In this document: positions 21,187-30,158 of the stretch, piece after piece | Position numbering within the stretch: the stretch's first letter is position 1 | Layout of the letters: the number at the start of each line of letters is the position of its first letter | Source: an uncultured Monoglobus sp. | GTDB taxonomy: Bacteria > Bacillota > Clostridia > Monoglobales > Monoglobaceae | DNA: 64,000 nt | Reading direction: 5' to 3' | Assembly: GCA_947628795.1 (NCBI GenBank) | Contig: CANRBF010000002.1 | Location: 166,777-230,776, forward strand | Program-made: the position numbers and the translations under genes | The notes under the pieces: generated by a model | Told to the model about the DNA's origin: nothing | The model's database searches: none | The model's input: only the letters and a program-made list of their open reading frames with translations

Positions 21187-21215
21187 ATTTTAGCACACTT
21201 AAAACCGTATGTCAA
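21187..21215 (-). promoter_or_regulatory. Promoter of the infC-rpmI-rplT operon: TTGACA-17-TAAAAT on the minus strand, followed by a roughly 145-nt leader
   Basis: Exact -35 (21215-21210) and a good -10 (21192-21187). Confidence 0.5.
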
Positions 21216-21280
21216 GTATTTTTTTGAATTTTTTTATAAAATTAACAGACGGCCGCCAAAGCCGCGCTTCCAAAAAACAC

Positions 21281-21309
21281 TTGTCAAATTATGCCGCCTG
21301 TGTTATAAT
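21281..21309 (+). promoter_or_regulatory. Promoter TTGTCA-17-(TGT)TATAAT (extended -10) for the DHHW gene
   Basis: 21281-21286 / 21304-21309 with TG at 21301-21302. Confidence 0.55.
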
Positions 21310-21327
21310 GTGCTGCGGAGGGTTTTT

Positions 21328-22881
21328 ATGAACACAAAATCAATTAAAGAATCAATGAAAAAATCACTTGACAACTTAAAAAAACCGCGCGACAAAAAGT
21401 GCGGAACCTTTAACGCGAAGGCTCCGATAAAATATCTCGGTTACCTCAAAAACAAAAAGGTGATCGTGTGCGCCGCGGTGTGCACTGCGGTCATATGCGT
21501 CGCGATAGCCGCGTGCTCGCGCCCGTCCGACAACGGCATAAGGCTTTTCGCCAAGGGTGAGGAGGTCGTCTGCCCCGCCCCGGTCTACACCGAAAACGGC
21601 TCGGCCATGGTGCCCCTTCGGGCGGTGTGCGACGCTTTCGGCGCCACGATAAAATGGGACGACAAAACCGAGAGCATGGCGGTGACGCTCGAGCCCGTGA
21701 CCGTGCATTTCACGATCGGAAGCGACAAAATGATAAAATACGGTCAGCCCGTGGATATGGGCGCCGCTGCGTGCTTTTCGGGAGACTACGCCATGGTTCC
21801 CGTCAGAGCGATCGCCGACGCCTTCGGCTATCCCGTAGAGTGGGACGAGAAAAACAAGGCCGTATTCTTGGGCGAGCGGGTCGAGCTTAACCCCAACCCA
21901 ATGGCCGATACCGTCGTGACCGACGAGTTCAGACACGGGCAGGACATGGACACGTATAACAGCATAAGCGTTTTCTCAAACGGCAGCGAGAATTTCGGCA
22001 TGGAGCTTTTGAGCTTAAACGACAGAGACGGCTCTTACGCAAACGCGGTGGAAAAGATCGCCCGTTCGGTGCCCGACGCGGACGTGTATAATATTCTGGC
22101 GCCGACGGCTCAGGAATTCTACGCGCCCAACTCAAGGCGCACAAACCAGACGGCGGGGATAACGGCGGTTTACGACGATCTGATCTCCCGCGACATACCC
22201 AACCTGAACCTTATAAACGTTGTGGGCACCCTGTCGGAGCATGCCGCGGAGAAAATATATTTCTGCACCGACCACCACTGGACCCAGAGAGGCGCGTATT
22301 ACGCCTACGCCGAATATTCGGCGGAAAACCCCAACATCGACAATTTGGAGCCGCTTCAGAATTACCGCACCGAAAACCGATACGGCATGCTCGGCTCGTT
22401 CTCGTCGTTCATGGCGGGCACATACGGCAGCGAGCTTATCGCGCAGAATCCCGATATGCTCCAGCTGTTTTATCCCAATTCGGAATACGAGGGCGCGGTC
22501 TATAACGACCCGTTCATGAATTCGTATATGCAGAGCGTTGTGCCGATCTATCCGTGGCTCAACAACTACTCCTGCTTCCTGCAGGGCGATTATCCGCTGG
22601 AGGTTTTTAAAACCAACGTCAATAACGGCAGGAAAATCTGCATCGTGAAGGAATCGTTCGGCGACGCGTTCTCGGTATGGGCGCTCAATAACTACGAGGA
22701 AGTCTACATAATAGATTACAGAATGTGGAACGGAGGGACCTACGGCAATTACGGCAGCGAGGCGTACGCCTTTAAGCTCAAGGAGTTCTACGATTTCGTG
22801 AAATTCGACGATCTGGTCATAATAAGCTATCCCGTCTCCGTGACGGTAAAGCAGCAGACGAATTTGCTTGGGGCATTGTAG
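21328..22881 (+). CDS. Membrane-anchored DHHW-family protein with two copper-amine-oxidase-N-like repeats
   Basis: TM helix VIVCAAVCTAVICVAIAAC; repeats VPLRAVCDAFGATIKWD / VPVRAIADAFGYPVEWD; FCTDHHWTQRGAYYAY motif. The track ORF 20839-22881 is an upstream extension overlapping infC. Confidence 0.7.
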   Translation: MNTKSIKESMKKSLDNLKKPRDKKCGTFNAKAPIKYLGYLKNKKVIVCAAVCTAVICVAIAACSRPSDNGIRLFAKGEEVVCPAPVYTENGSAMVPLRAVCDAFGATIKWDDKTESMAVTLEPVTVHFTIGSDKMIKYGQPVDMGAAACFSGDYAMVPVRAIADAFGYPVEWDEKNKAVFLGERVELNPNPMADTVVTDEFRHGQDMDTYNSISVFSNGSENFGMELLSLNDRDGSYANAVEKIARSVPDADVYNILAPTAQEFYAPNSRRTNQTAGITAVYDDLISRDIPNLNLINVVGTLSEHAAEKIYFCTDHHWTQRGAYYAYAEYSAENPNIDNLEPLQNYRTENRYGMLGSFSSFMAGTYGSELIAQNPDMLQLFYPNSEYEGAVYNDPFMNSYMQSVVPIYPWLNNYSCFLQGDYPLEVFKTNVNNGRKICIVKESFGDAFSVWALNNYEEVYIIDYRMWNGGTYGNYGSEAYAFKLKEFYDFVKFDDLVIISYPVSVTVKQQTNLLGAL

Positions 22882-22890
22882 GGCGACTGC

Positions 22891-23023
22891 CTCGCCCCTT
22901 GGGGAGAGGTGCCCGCTTGCGGGCGGAGAGGGGTCAACATAGGTACTAGGTATTAGTAACTAGGGACTAGGAACCCCTCTCAGTCTGCGGACAAGCCGCA
23001 GCCAGCTCTCCCCAAGGGGCGAG
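22891..23023. repeat. Composite palindromic intergenic repeat, copy A (18-bp terminal inverted repeats CTCGCCCCTTGGGGAGAG / CTCTCCCCAAGGGGCGAG, inner GC hairpins, 39-nt central loop)
   Basis: Perfect 18-bp TIRs at 22891-22908 and 23006-23023. It recurs at 28144, 32524 and 40745. Confidence 0.8.
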
Positions 23024-23141
23024 CCTGATCCTGCGTTCGCGGGAATATGCGAATGATTTTTGCTAAATCATCTCCGCGTAATCGCTATTCGCTAATCACT
23101 AATCACTACGTTCGCTAATCACTACGTTAGGAGGTATTTTT

Positions 23142-23813
23142 ATGGTTCATATAGGAAATGACTGGGATGAAATATTGGGCGGCGAGTTCAAAAAGGATTA
23201 TTACCTGAAGCTTCGGGCATTTCTCGCCCGGGAGTACAGGACCGGCACGATATATCCCGATATGTACGACATCTTTAACGCCCTGAAATACACGCCCTAC
23301 GCCGATGTCAAGGCGGTCATATTGGGTCAGGATCCGTACCACGGCCCCGGACAGGCCCACGGGCTGTGCTTCTCGGTGCTTCCCGGAATAACGCCTCCGC
23401 CGTCGCTCAAAAATATTTACAGGGAAATATACGACGAGTACGGCACCCCGATGCCCGAGAGCGGCGAGCTGACCGGCTGGGCGAAGCAGGGCGTGCTGCT
23501 TTTAAACACGGTGCTGACCGTGAGGGCGGGCATGGCGAACTCGCACAGAGGCATGGGCTGGGAGATCCTGACCGACAGGATAATCTCGCTTTTAAACGAG
23601 CGGGAGCAGCCGATCGTGTTTATGCTCTGGGGTGCGAACGCCAGACAAAAAACCGCACTGATAACCAACCCGAACCATCTGGTGCTGACCGCGGCGCACC
23701 CGAGCCCGCTCTCGGCCTACAACGGATTTTTCGGCTGCGGACATTTCAGAAAATGCAACGAGTTCCTTTCGGCAAACGGCAGACAGGAAATAAACTGGCA
23801 AAAAACGGTCTGA
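23142..23813 (+). CDS. ung: Uracil-DNA glycosylase
   Basis: GQDPYHGPGQAHGLCFSV and HPSPLSA motifs. Confidence 0.9.
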   Translation: MVHIGNDWDEILGGEFKKDYYLKLRAFLAREYRTGTIYPDMYDIFNALKYTPYADVKAVILGQDPYHGPGQAHGLCFSVLPGITPPPSLKNIYREIYDEYGTPMPESGELTGWAKQGVLLLNTVLTVRAGMANSHRGMGWEILTDRIISLLNEREQPIVFMLWGANARQKTALITNPNHLVLTAAHPSPLSAYNGFFGCGHFRKCNEFLSANGRQEINWQKTV

Positions 23814-23853
23814 AAATTTCGGACGCGAATATATTGTTTTGAGGTGATATTTT

Positions 23854-24324
23854 ATGAAAAAATTTTTTAGATCCGCGGCTCTCATCGCCGCGCTGTCAAT
23901 GACGGTCATGTGCATTTCGGGCTGCTCGCTGCTGTCGCGCATTACAGGCAAATCCGCGCCTGCTTCGGCTCCGTCGCAAACCGAGGCGCCCAAGCAGGGA
24001 TCGATCATCGGCACATGGAAGGTCGATAAAATTCTCGACAAAAGCGGCGCGGAGGTCTCGGCGGAGGATATAAACATCCCTGTAGAGCCGTTCACGGAGA
24101 TGTCGGGCCTCACGGGAAGCGTTCTGAGCGGCGCCGAGTTTAAATTCGGCGATGACGGCAAGGTATCGTTCCTTTTTATTTCGACCGACTACACCTACGA
24201 AAACGGCGCTCTGAGCATATCGGTCCCTCAATTCGAGGAAAAGCTGTCCGCGCCCTGCGAGATAAGCGGCTCGAAAATGACCCTGACGCTCGGAGACTAT
24301 AAATTGATATTCAAAAAGAGCTGA
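23854..24324 (+). CDS. Lipoprotein (lipobox ISGC)
   Basis: MKKFFRSAALIAALSMTVMCISGCS. Confidence 0.6.
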   Translation: MKKFFRSAALIAALSMTVMCISGCSLLSRITGKSAPASAPSQTEAPKQGSIIGTWKVDKILDKSGAEVSAEDINIPVEPFTEMSGLTGSVLSGAEFKFGDDGKVSFLFISTDYTYENGALSISVPQFEEKLSAPCEISGSKMTLTLGDYKLIFKKS

Positions 24325-24345
24325 TTTATAGCTAATCGCTACGTT

Positions 24346-24372
24346 TAAAAACCGCGCGGTTTCCGCGCGGTT
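24346..24372. terminator. Bidirectional terminator (AACCGCGCGG-ttt-CCGCGCGGTT flanked by A5 and T-rich sequence) between convergent genes
   Basis: 10-bp perfect stem. Confidence 0.6.
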
Positions 24373-24376
24373 ACGT

Positions 24377-25030
24377 TTATATTCCTATCTTGAGTTTCAC
24401 CTTTATAAATTCGCTCAGGAGCTTCGCGCTGCCTTCGGGGCCGAGCACCGCACTGTCGATCGAGATGTGGTAATTCGAAACGTCGCCCCACTTGCGGTTG
24501 GTGTAGAAGTTATAATAGTTCGCGCGCTTTTTGTTGGTCGATTTTATCTTGTCGAGCGCCTCTTTTTCTTTGAGCTTGTAAATATCCATCACGCGCTCGA
24601 GCTTATAGTCGTCGGCAGCGTGGATAAAAACGTTTATCACGTTCGCGCGGTCGCGCAGTACATAGTCCGAGCAGCGGCCGACGATGACGCAGGTCTCGGT
24701 GTCGGCGAGCTCCTCGATCACCTGCGACTGTATTCTGAAAACCGCGTCGGAATTAAGTATATCGCCCGAGCGGTGATACACGTGCCTGTCGTGCTGCATA
24801 CCCATAACGAGCGAGTAAAGCAGGCTGTTGGTGTGCTTTTCGTCTATGCCCTCAAACAGGTCCTCCGAGAGGCCGCTGCGCTTGGCGGCCATGGCGATAA
24901 GGCCCTTGTCGTAAAACCCGATACCGAGTATCTCGGCAAGCATTTTCCCGATCTTCATGCCGCCCGAGCCGAACTGACGCCCGAGAGTTATAACGTATTT
25001 GCCGCCGTTATTTTCGTTATTTTTTTTCAT
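24377..25030 (-). CDS. Cytidylate-kinase-like family protein (Cytidylate_kin2)
   Basis: ITLGRQFGSGGMKIGKMLAEILGIGFYDKGLI; start taken at MKKNNENNGG. Confidence 0.7.
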   Translation of the reverse strand: MKKNNENNGGKYVITLGRQFGSGGMKIGKMLAEILGIGFYDKGLIAMAAKRSGLSEDLFEGIDEKHTNSLLYSLVMGMQHDRHVYHRSGDILNSDAVFRIQSQVIEELADTETCVIVGRCSDYVLRDRANVINVFIHAADDYKLERVMDIYKLKEKEALDKIKSTNKKRANYYNFYTNRKWGDVSNYHISIDSAVLGPEGSAKLLSEFIKVKLKIGI

Positions 25031-25198
25031 TTCGCGCACCTCCCGAATAGGTCTATACATTCTATCACATTACGCGCCTAATTTCAAAGGCAAAAAGAAA
25101 ATTTGTTGTATAAAAATAGTATGTCCGAATTGTGCAGATTTACTAATTATCGACCGTTTTTGAGTTTTTAATTTACATATGAGCGTGAAAATTTTTTA

Positions 25199-25227
25199 TT
25201 GACAAGATTTCGAAAATGGTTTATAAT
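25199..25227 (+). promoter_or_regulatory. Consensus promoter TTGACA-17-TATAAT for rpsF-ssb-rpsR, followed by a structured leader
   Basis: Exact hexamers at 25199-25204 and 25222-25227. Confidence 0.6.
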
Positions 25228-25310
25228 GTTAAAGTTGTATAAATTCTTTAAATGTACAATCCTTACTCCCAACAGAGTTTGGGGGTCAAAGTCCAGAAGG
25301 AGGTGACAAA

Positions 25311-25610
25311 ATGGCAGAACACATCAACAAGTACGAGACGATCATGGTCCTGGATGCATCCCAGACCGAAGAGGAAACCGCGGCTCTGCTTGGCAAGTTC
25401 ACGTCATTGATCGAAAAACACGGCGAGATTGAGAGCGTCGACGAATGGGGCAAGCGCAAGCTGGCCTATCCGATCAATTTCATGAATGAAGGCTACTACG
25501 TGTTGGTTAACTTTAAATCCGACCCCGAGTTCCCCAAGGAGCTTGAGCGTGTTTACAAGATCACCGACGGCGTTATGAGAAGCATTGTCGTAAGACGTGA
25601 GGAGGATTAA
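25311..25610 (+). CDS. rpsF: 30S ribosomal protein S6
   Basis: Sequence family match. Confidence 0.95.
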   Translation: MAEHINKYETIMVLDASQTEEETAALLGKFTSLIEKHGEIESVDEWGKRKLAYPINFMNEGYYVLVNFKSDPEFPKELERVYKITDGVMRSIVVRREED

Positions 25611-25612
25611 TT

Positions 25613-26095
25613 ATGCTTAACAAAGCGATTATTATGGGAAGACTCACTCGCGATCCCGAGGTCCGCACAACGGGCTCGGGCACGTCTGTTTGCAGCTTCA
25701 CCGTCGCGGTCGATAACGGCTACGGCGAAAACAGACAAACCGATTTCATCAACTGCGTCGCTTGGAGGAACCAGGCCGATTTCCTTGGCAAATACTTCGC
25801 GAAGGGCATGATGATAATCGTTGTCGGTCGAATTTCGACCAGAAGCTGGGAAGGTCAGGACGGACGCAGAAACTACTCGACCGAGATCGTGGCAAACGAG
25901 ATAAACTTCGGAGAAACCAAAAAGGCGAGAGAGGCCAACGCGGGCTATACACCGCAGCAGAGCTACGCTCCCTCGTACAATCAGGCTCCGCAGCAGCAGT
26001 ACGCTCAGCCGGCACCGCAGCCGACCATGCCGAGCAATCTTGACGACGAGGAGTTCATGCCGATATCCGAGGTCGATGATGACCTTCCGTTCTAA
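25613..26095 (+). CDS. ssb: Single-stranded DNA-binding protein
   Basis: OB fold with acidic DDDLPF tail. Confidence 0.95.
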   Translation: MLNKAIIMGRLTRDPEVRTTGSGTSVCSFTVAVDNGYGENRQTDFINCVAWRNQADFLGKYFAKGMMIIVVGRISTRSWEGQDGRRNYSTEIVANEINFGETKKAREANAGYTPQQSYAPSYNQAPQQQYAQPAPQPTMPSNLDDEEFMPISEVDDDLPF

Positions 26096-26130
26096 AATTT
26101 GTTAAAAATTTGATTTAAGGAGAATTTATA

Positions 26131-26376
26131 ATGGCTGAAGAAAGAAGAAACGACAGACCCCGCAGACGTCCCAAGAGAAAAGTCTGCTCGTTCTGTGTTG
26201 ATAAGGTTGACCATATCGACTATAAGGATGTGGCCAAACTCAGAAGATATGTGACGGAGCGCGCCAAGATACTCCCCAGGAGGATCAGCGGCTGCTGCGC
26301 CAAGCATCAGAGACAGCTGACCGTAGCTATAAAAAGAGCGCGTCAAATTGCTCTTATGCCCTACACATCAGACTAA
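26131..26376 (+). CDS. rpsR: 30S ribosomal protein S18
   Basis: Sequence family match. Confidence 0.95.
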   Translation: MAEERRNDRPRRRPKRKVCSFCVDKVDHIDYKDVAKLRRYVTERAKILPRRISGCCAKHQRQLTVAIKRARQIALMPYTSD

Positions 26377-26382
26377 TACGGC

Positions 26383-26413
26383 AAAGGCGCCTCTTTTTCG
26401 GGGCGCCTTTGTT
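26383..26413 (+). terminator. Terminator AAAGGCGCC-loop-GGCGCCTTT
   Basis: 9-bp stem after rpsR. Confidence 0.5.
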
Positions 26414-26505
26414 ATAGCGTTAACAATATTGATCATGTAAGATTTTTATATTGCGGCAACACGTTATGCTTTAATATAAACATCAACTAAAACAGGAGGT
26501 TAAAA

Positions 26506-28035
26506 ATGACACAACAAAATATCTGCATTATGATTTCCATAGTCCTTTACATGATAATCGTTCTTGGTATCGGAGTATGGTTTTCAAGACGAAACAAGAC
26601 AGCCGACGACTTCTACCTCGGCGGCAGAAAGCTCGGCCCGTTCGTAACGGCGATGAGCGCCGAGGCGTCGGACATGAGCAGCTATCTTCTGATGGGCGTG
26701 CCCGGACTGGCGTATCTCACGGGTCTGGCCGACGCGTCGTGGACGGCTATCGGACTTATTATCGGTACATATTTAAACTGGCTCATCGTTGCCAAAAAGC
26801 TGAGAAACTACTCGAGCTATATCGGAGCCGCGACGATCCCCGCGTTCTTCTCCGAGAGATTCAAGGATAAATCCAGAATGCTCAGCGTTATCGCGGCCGT
26901 CGTTATCATCATCTTCTTCGTGCCCTACACCGCCTCGGGCTTCGCGGCCTGCGGCAAGCTGTTTAACTCGCTGTTCGGCGTGAGCTATGTGGGCGCGATG
27001 ATCGTGTGCGCGGCGGTTATCATAATCTACACCATGCTCGGCGGATTTTTGGCGGCCAGCACCAGCGACTTTTTGCAGGCGATAATCATGTCTATCGCGC
27101 TTATCGTCGTTCTGATCTTCGGAACGGTCCAGGCGGGCGGCCTGGGTCAGGTCATCGAAAACGCCAAGGCCCTGCCCGGATATCTGAGCCTGAGAAACAT
27201 CTACGTACCCGAGACGGGCGGCTCCGAGGTATACGGCTGGTTCCGCAGCTGCTCGATGCTGGCCTGGGGTCTCGGATATTTCGGAATGCCCCACATCCTG
27301 CTCAGATTTATGGCTATCGGCGACGCGAAAAAGCTCAAGCTCTCAAGACGCGTGGCTTCGATCTGGGTGGTTATTTCCCTGGCGGTCGCGGTGTTTATCG
27401 GTATAATCGGCATGGGTCTTGTGACGAATAACGTTATCGCTCCCCTGGCCGATTCCGAGCGCGTTATCATCGAGATATCAAAGCTCCTGAGCGGATTCGG
27501 AATCATCCCCGCGCTGGTGGCGGGCGTTATCCTTGCGGGTATTTTGGCGGCCACAATGTCCACCGCGGACTCGCAGCTGCTGGCGGCTTCCTCCTCTGTT
27601 TCTCAGAACATCGTTAAGGAAAAGCTGTTCCCCAAAATGAGCGAGGAAACCACAATGATAATCGCGAGATTCACGCTTGTGGCGATCGCTATAGTTGCCG
27701 CGATCCTCGCGAGAGACCCCGACAGCTCGGTATTCGGAATCGTCTCGTTCGCGTGGGCGGGCTTCGGAGCCTCGTTCGGCCCGGTTATGCTGGCGTCCCT
27801 GTTCTGGAAGAGAACCAACAAATGGGGCGCTCTGGCGGGCATGATAGCGGGCGGCGCGATGGTATTCATCTGGAAGTACGGCATCGCGAAGCTCGGCGGA
27901 CTGTTCGCTATCTACGAGCTGCTCCCCGCGTTCATCACGGGCCTCATTGCGATCATCGTGGTAAGCCTCCTCACCAAGGCCCCCGACAAGGACGTAACCG
28001 ACACCTTCGAAACGGTTACGGCAATGAAGGATTAA
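26506..28035 (+). CDS. putP: Sodium:solute symporter (SSS family, PutP-like Na+/proline symporter)
   Basis: 13-TM SSS signature; length 509 aa. Confidence 0.75.
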   Translation: MTQQNICIMISIVLYMIIVLGIGVWFSRRNKTADDFYLGGRKLGPFVTAMSAEASDMSSYLLMGVPGLAYLTGLADASWTAIGLIIGTYLNWLIVAKKLRNYSSYIGAATIPAFFSERFKDKSRMLSVIAAVVIIIFFVPYTASGFAACGKLFNSLFGVSYVGAMIVCAAVIIIYTMLGGFLAASTSDFLQAIIMSIALIVVLIFGTVQAGGLGQVIENAKALPGYLSLRNIYVPETGGSEVYGWFRSCSMLAWGLGYFGMPHILLRFMAIGDAKKLKLSRRVASIWVVISLAVAVFIGIIGMGLVTNNVIAPLADSERVIIEISKLLSGFGIIPALVAGVILAGILAATMSTADSQLLAASSSVSQNIVKEKLFPKMSEETTMIIARFTLVAIAIVAAILARDPDSSVFGIVSFAWAGFGASFGPVMLASLFWKRTNKWGALAGMIAGGAMVFIWKYGIAKLGGLFAIYELLPAFITGLIAIIVVSLLTKAPDKDVTDTFETVTAMKD

Positions 28036-28053
28036 TAGAAAAAACTACGCAAA

Positions 28054-28090
28054 ACAGGCTCCCAATAGTGGGAGCCTGTTTTTGTGCTTT
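28054..28090 (+). terminator. Terminator CAGGCTCCCA-atag-TGGGAGCCTG followed by TTTTTGTGCTTT
   Basis: 10-bp perfect stem. Confidence 0.7.
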
Positions 28091-28143
28091 GTGCCTCGCA
28101 AAACCTCGTAGGGTCGGATACCCACATCCGGCCGCCTGTCTGC

Positions 28144-28261
28144 CTCGCCCCTTGGGGAGAGGTGCCCGCTTGCGGGCGGAGAGGGGTTTCCCATGCGATT
28201 CGGAATACAAACCCCTCTCAGTCTGCGGACAAGCCGCAGCCAGCTCTCCCCAAGGGGCGAG
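28144..28261. repeat. Composite palindromic intergenic repeat, copy B (same 18-bp TIRs and inner hairpins as copy A; different central loop)
   Basis: TIRs at 28144-28161 and 28244-28261. A/C-type loop sequence appears inverted in the 3' flank at 28262-28305. Confidence 0.8.
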
Positions 28262-28330
28262 CCTTATATCCTCCGCCCGTCCTAGTCTCTAGTACCTATT
28301 CCCTAGTCTCTACGTTGCTAATCACTACGT

Positions 28331-29830
28331 TTATTCTCCGCCTTGTCTTACGGCTTCCTCGTGCTCGGCCTGGATCTTGGGGTCCATCGAGAGCATGGGT
28401 GTCACGTCGAGGTGCCTGAAGTGGCGGTCTGCGTAGTTCTTTGTGCATTTATAAACCTGCGGCGACAGGACGAGCACGCCTATCAGGTTAGGCAGCATCA
28501 TCAGTCCGTTGAACGTGTCCGAAAGGTCCCACGCCAGGTTCTCGCCCATCAGCGCGCCGCCCAGTATAGCGATAACAAAAATTATCCTGTAGGGCATGGT
28601 CGAGCCTGTTCCGAACAGGAACTCGCAGGCTTTGGTTCCGTAGTGGCTCCAGCCGAGCACCGTGGAGAACGCGAACAGCAGCATGGCGATCGCGACGAAC
28701 CAGGCGCCGATAGGGCCGAAGGTCTGTCCGAAAATATTACCCACAAGGTCGCCCGTGTTGGCGATCTCGTTATAAGGCATACCTGTTTCGAGATTGAAAA
28801 GTCCCGACGAAAGGATAGAAAACGCGGTCAGGGTGCAGACAACGATAGTGTCGGCGAATACCTCGAATATTCCCCACATACCCTGTCTGATAGGCTCTCT
28901 GACGTTGGAGCTTGAGTGCACCATTACCGACGAGCCGAGACCCGCCTCGTTTGAGAAAACGCCGCGCTTCATACCCATCTGTATCGCCATGGCTATGCCC
29001 GCTCCGACACCGCCGCCCGCCGCGGCCTTGGCCGAAAACGCGCCCTTGAATATAGCGCCGAACACTTCGCCGAACTTGCCGATATGTATAACGCAGATAG
29101 CGATAGTACCCAGAAAATACAGCACTACCATAACGGGAACTATCTTTTCGGTAACGGCTGCGATCCTCTTGATTCCGCCGATGATAACCAGACCCGCGAG
29201 CAGCATTACCACAATACCCGTCGCGATCCTCGGAACGTTAAACGCCGACTGCATGTTTGTCGTGATCGTGTTGACCTGGGTCATGTTTCCGATACCGAAC
29301 GACGCCAGCATGCAGAAGCAGCTGAACAGCACCGCCAGCACCATGCCGATATACTTGCAGTGCGGCTTTGAGCCCAGACCGTCGCGCAGATAGTACATCG
29401 CGCCGCCGCTCCATTCTCCGTCTCTGTTCTTTATTCTGTACAGAATACCAAGAACATTCTCGGAATAGTTTGTCATCATTCCGAAGAACGCGATCAGCCA
29501 CATCCAGAACACGGCTCCGGGGCCGCCGATAACGATAGCCGAGGCCACGCCAGCGATGTTGCCCGTTCCTACGGTCGCCGCGAGCGCCGTGCACAAGCTC
29601 TGGAACTGGGATATCGACTTGTCCGCAGTGTGCTTTGTGACGTGTTTGTCGCCGAATATGGCGCCGATAGTGTTTTTGAACCAATGCCCGATATGGGTCA
29701 GCTGGAAGAACTTGGTAAGGCAGGTCATGAGAACGCCCACAAACGCCAACAGGATCAGCGCGGGCCATCCCCATACTACGCCGTTTACCGCGTCGTTGAC
29801 CTTAGCAACGACATCAAGAAAGCTTTGCAT
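28331..29830 (-). CDS. agcS: Alanine/glycine:cation symporter (AGCS family)
   Basis: AGCS signature (GTGNIAGVA..., about 11 TM); glycine riboswitch upstream. Confidence 0.8.
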   Translation of the reverse strand: MQSFLDVVAKVNDAVNGVVWGWPALILLAFVGVLMTCLTKFFQLTHIGHWFKNTIGAIFGDKHVTKHTADKSISQFQSLCTALAATVGTGNIAGVASAIVIGGPGAVFWMWLIAFFGMMTNYSENVLGILYRIKNRDGEWSGGAMYYLRDGLGSKPHCKYIGMVLAVLFSCFCMLASFGIGNMTQVNTITTNMQSAFNVPRIATGIVVMLLAGLVIIGGIKRIAAVTEKIVPVMVVLYFLGTIAICVIHIGKFGEVFGAIFKGAFSAKAAAGGGVGAGIAMAIQMGMKRGVFSNEAGLGSSVMVHSSSNVREPIRQGMWGIFEVFADTIVVCTLTAFSILSSGLFNLETGMPYNEIANTGDLVGNIFGQTFGPIGAWFVAIAMLLFAFSTVLGWSHYGTKACEFLFGTGSTMPYRIIFVIAILGGALMGENLAWDLSDTFNGLMMLPNLIGVLVLSPQVYKCTKNYADRHFRHLDVTPMLSMDPKIQAEHEEAVRQGGE

Positions 29831-29877
29831 AGAATTTTACTCCCCTTATTTAAATAATAATTTATTTTTTACATAAC

Positions 29878-29912
29878 AAAAAGAGCCGAAATCCGTAGGA
29901 TTCAAGCTCAAA
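29878..29912 (-). terminator. Riboswitch expression-platform terminator (GAGC..GAATCC-tacg-GGATTC..GCTC then TTTTT) between the aptamer and the agcS RBS
   Basis: Imperfect hairpin plus U-run on the minus strand. Confidence 0.45.
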
Positions 29913-29937
29913 CAAAAATGAAGAAAAATATCGCAGC

Positions 29938-30050
29938 TCGCGCTGAAATACCTCCGTCCTTTTGCCTGAGAGATTGGCTCTCGCCGTACACCTTCGGCCC
30001 CCGCTCAGCGGGTTTCTCCGGAGCGCCGCGCAATTTGACGCGGCAATTTT
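29938..30050 (-). ncRNA. Glycine riboswitch (single aptamer)
   Basis: Minus-strand sequence GCUCCGGAGAAAC...GGGGGCCGAAGGUG...GGCGAGAGCCAAUCUCUCAGGCAAAAGGACGGAGG, with the hallmark CUCUCAGGCAAAAGGAC and CCGAAGG elements, upstream of an AGCS transporter. Confidence 0.6.
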
Positions 30051-30158
30051 AAGTATAATAATTATATCATTATATAAGGCAAAATGCAAGCTTTTTTTAC
30101 AAATAATTTGACAAGTTTTAAATACTATAGTAAAATATATTTAATTCGAGGTGATAAT

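Noticed and set aside
20839-21327. N-terminal extension of the DHHW ORF back to 20839
   Set aside because: It overlaps infC and its promoter, and lacks an RBS. A clean promoter, RBS and ATG are found at 21281-21330.
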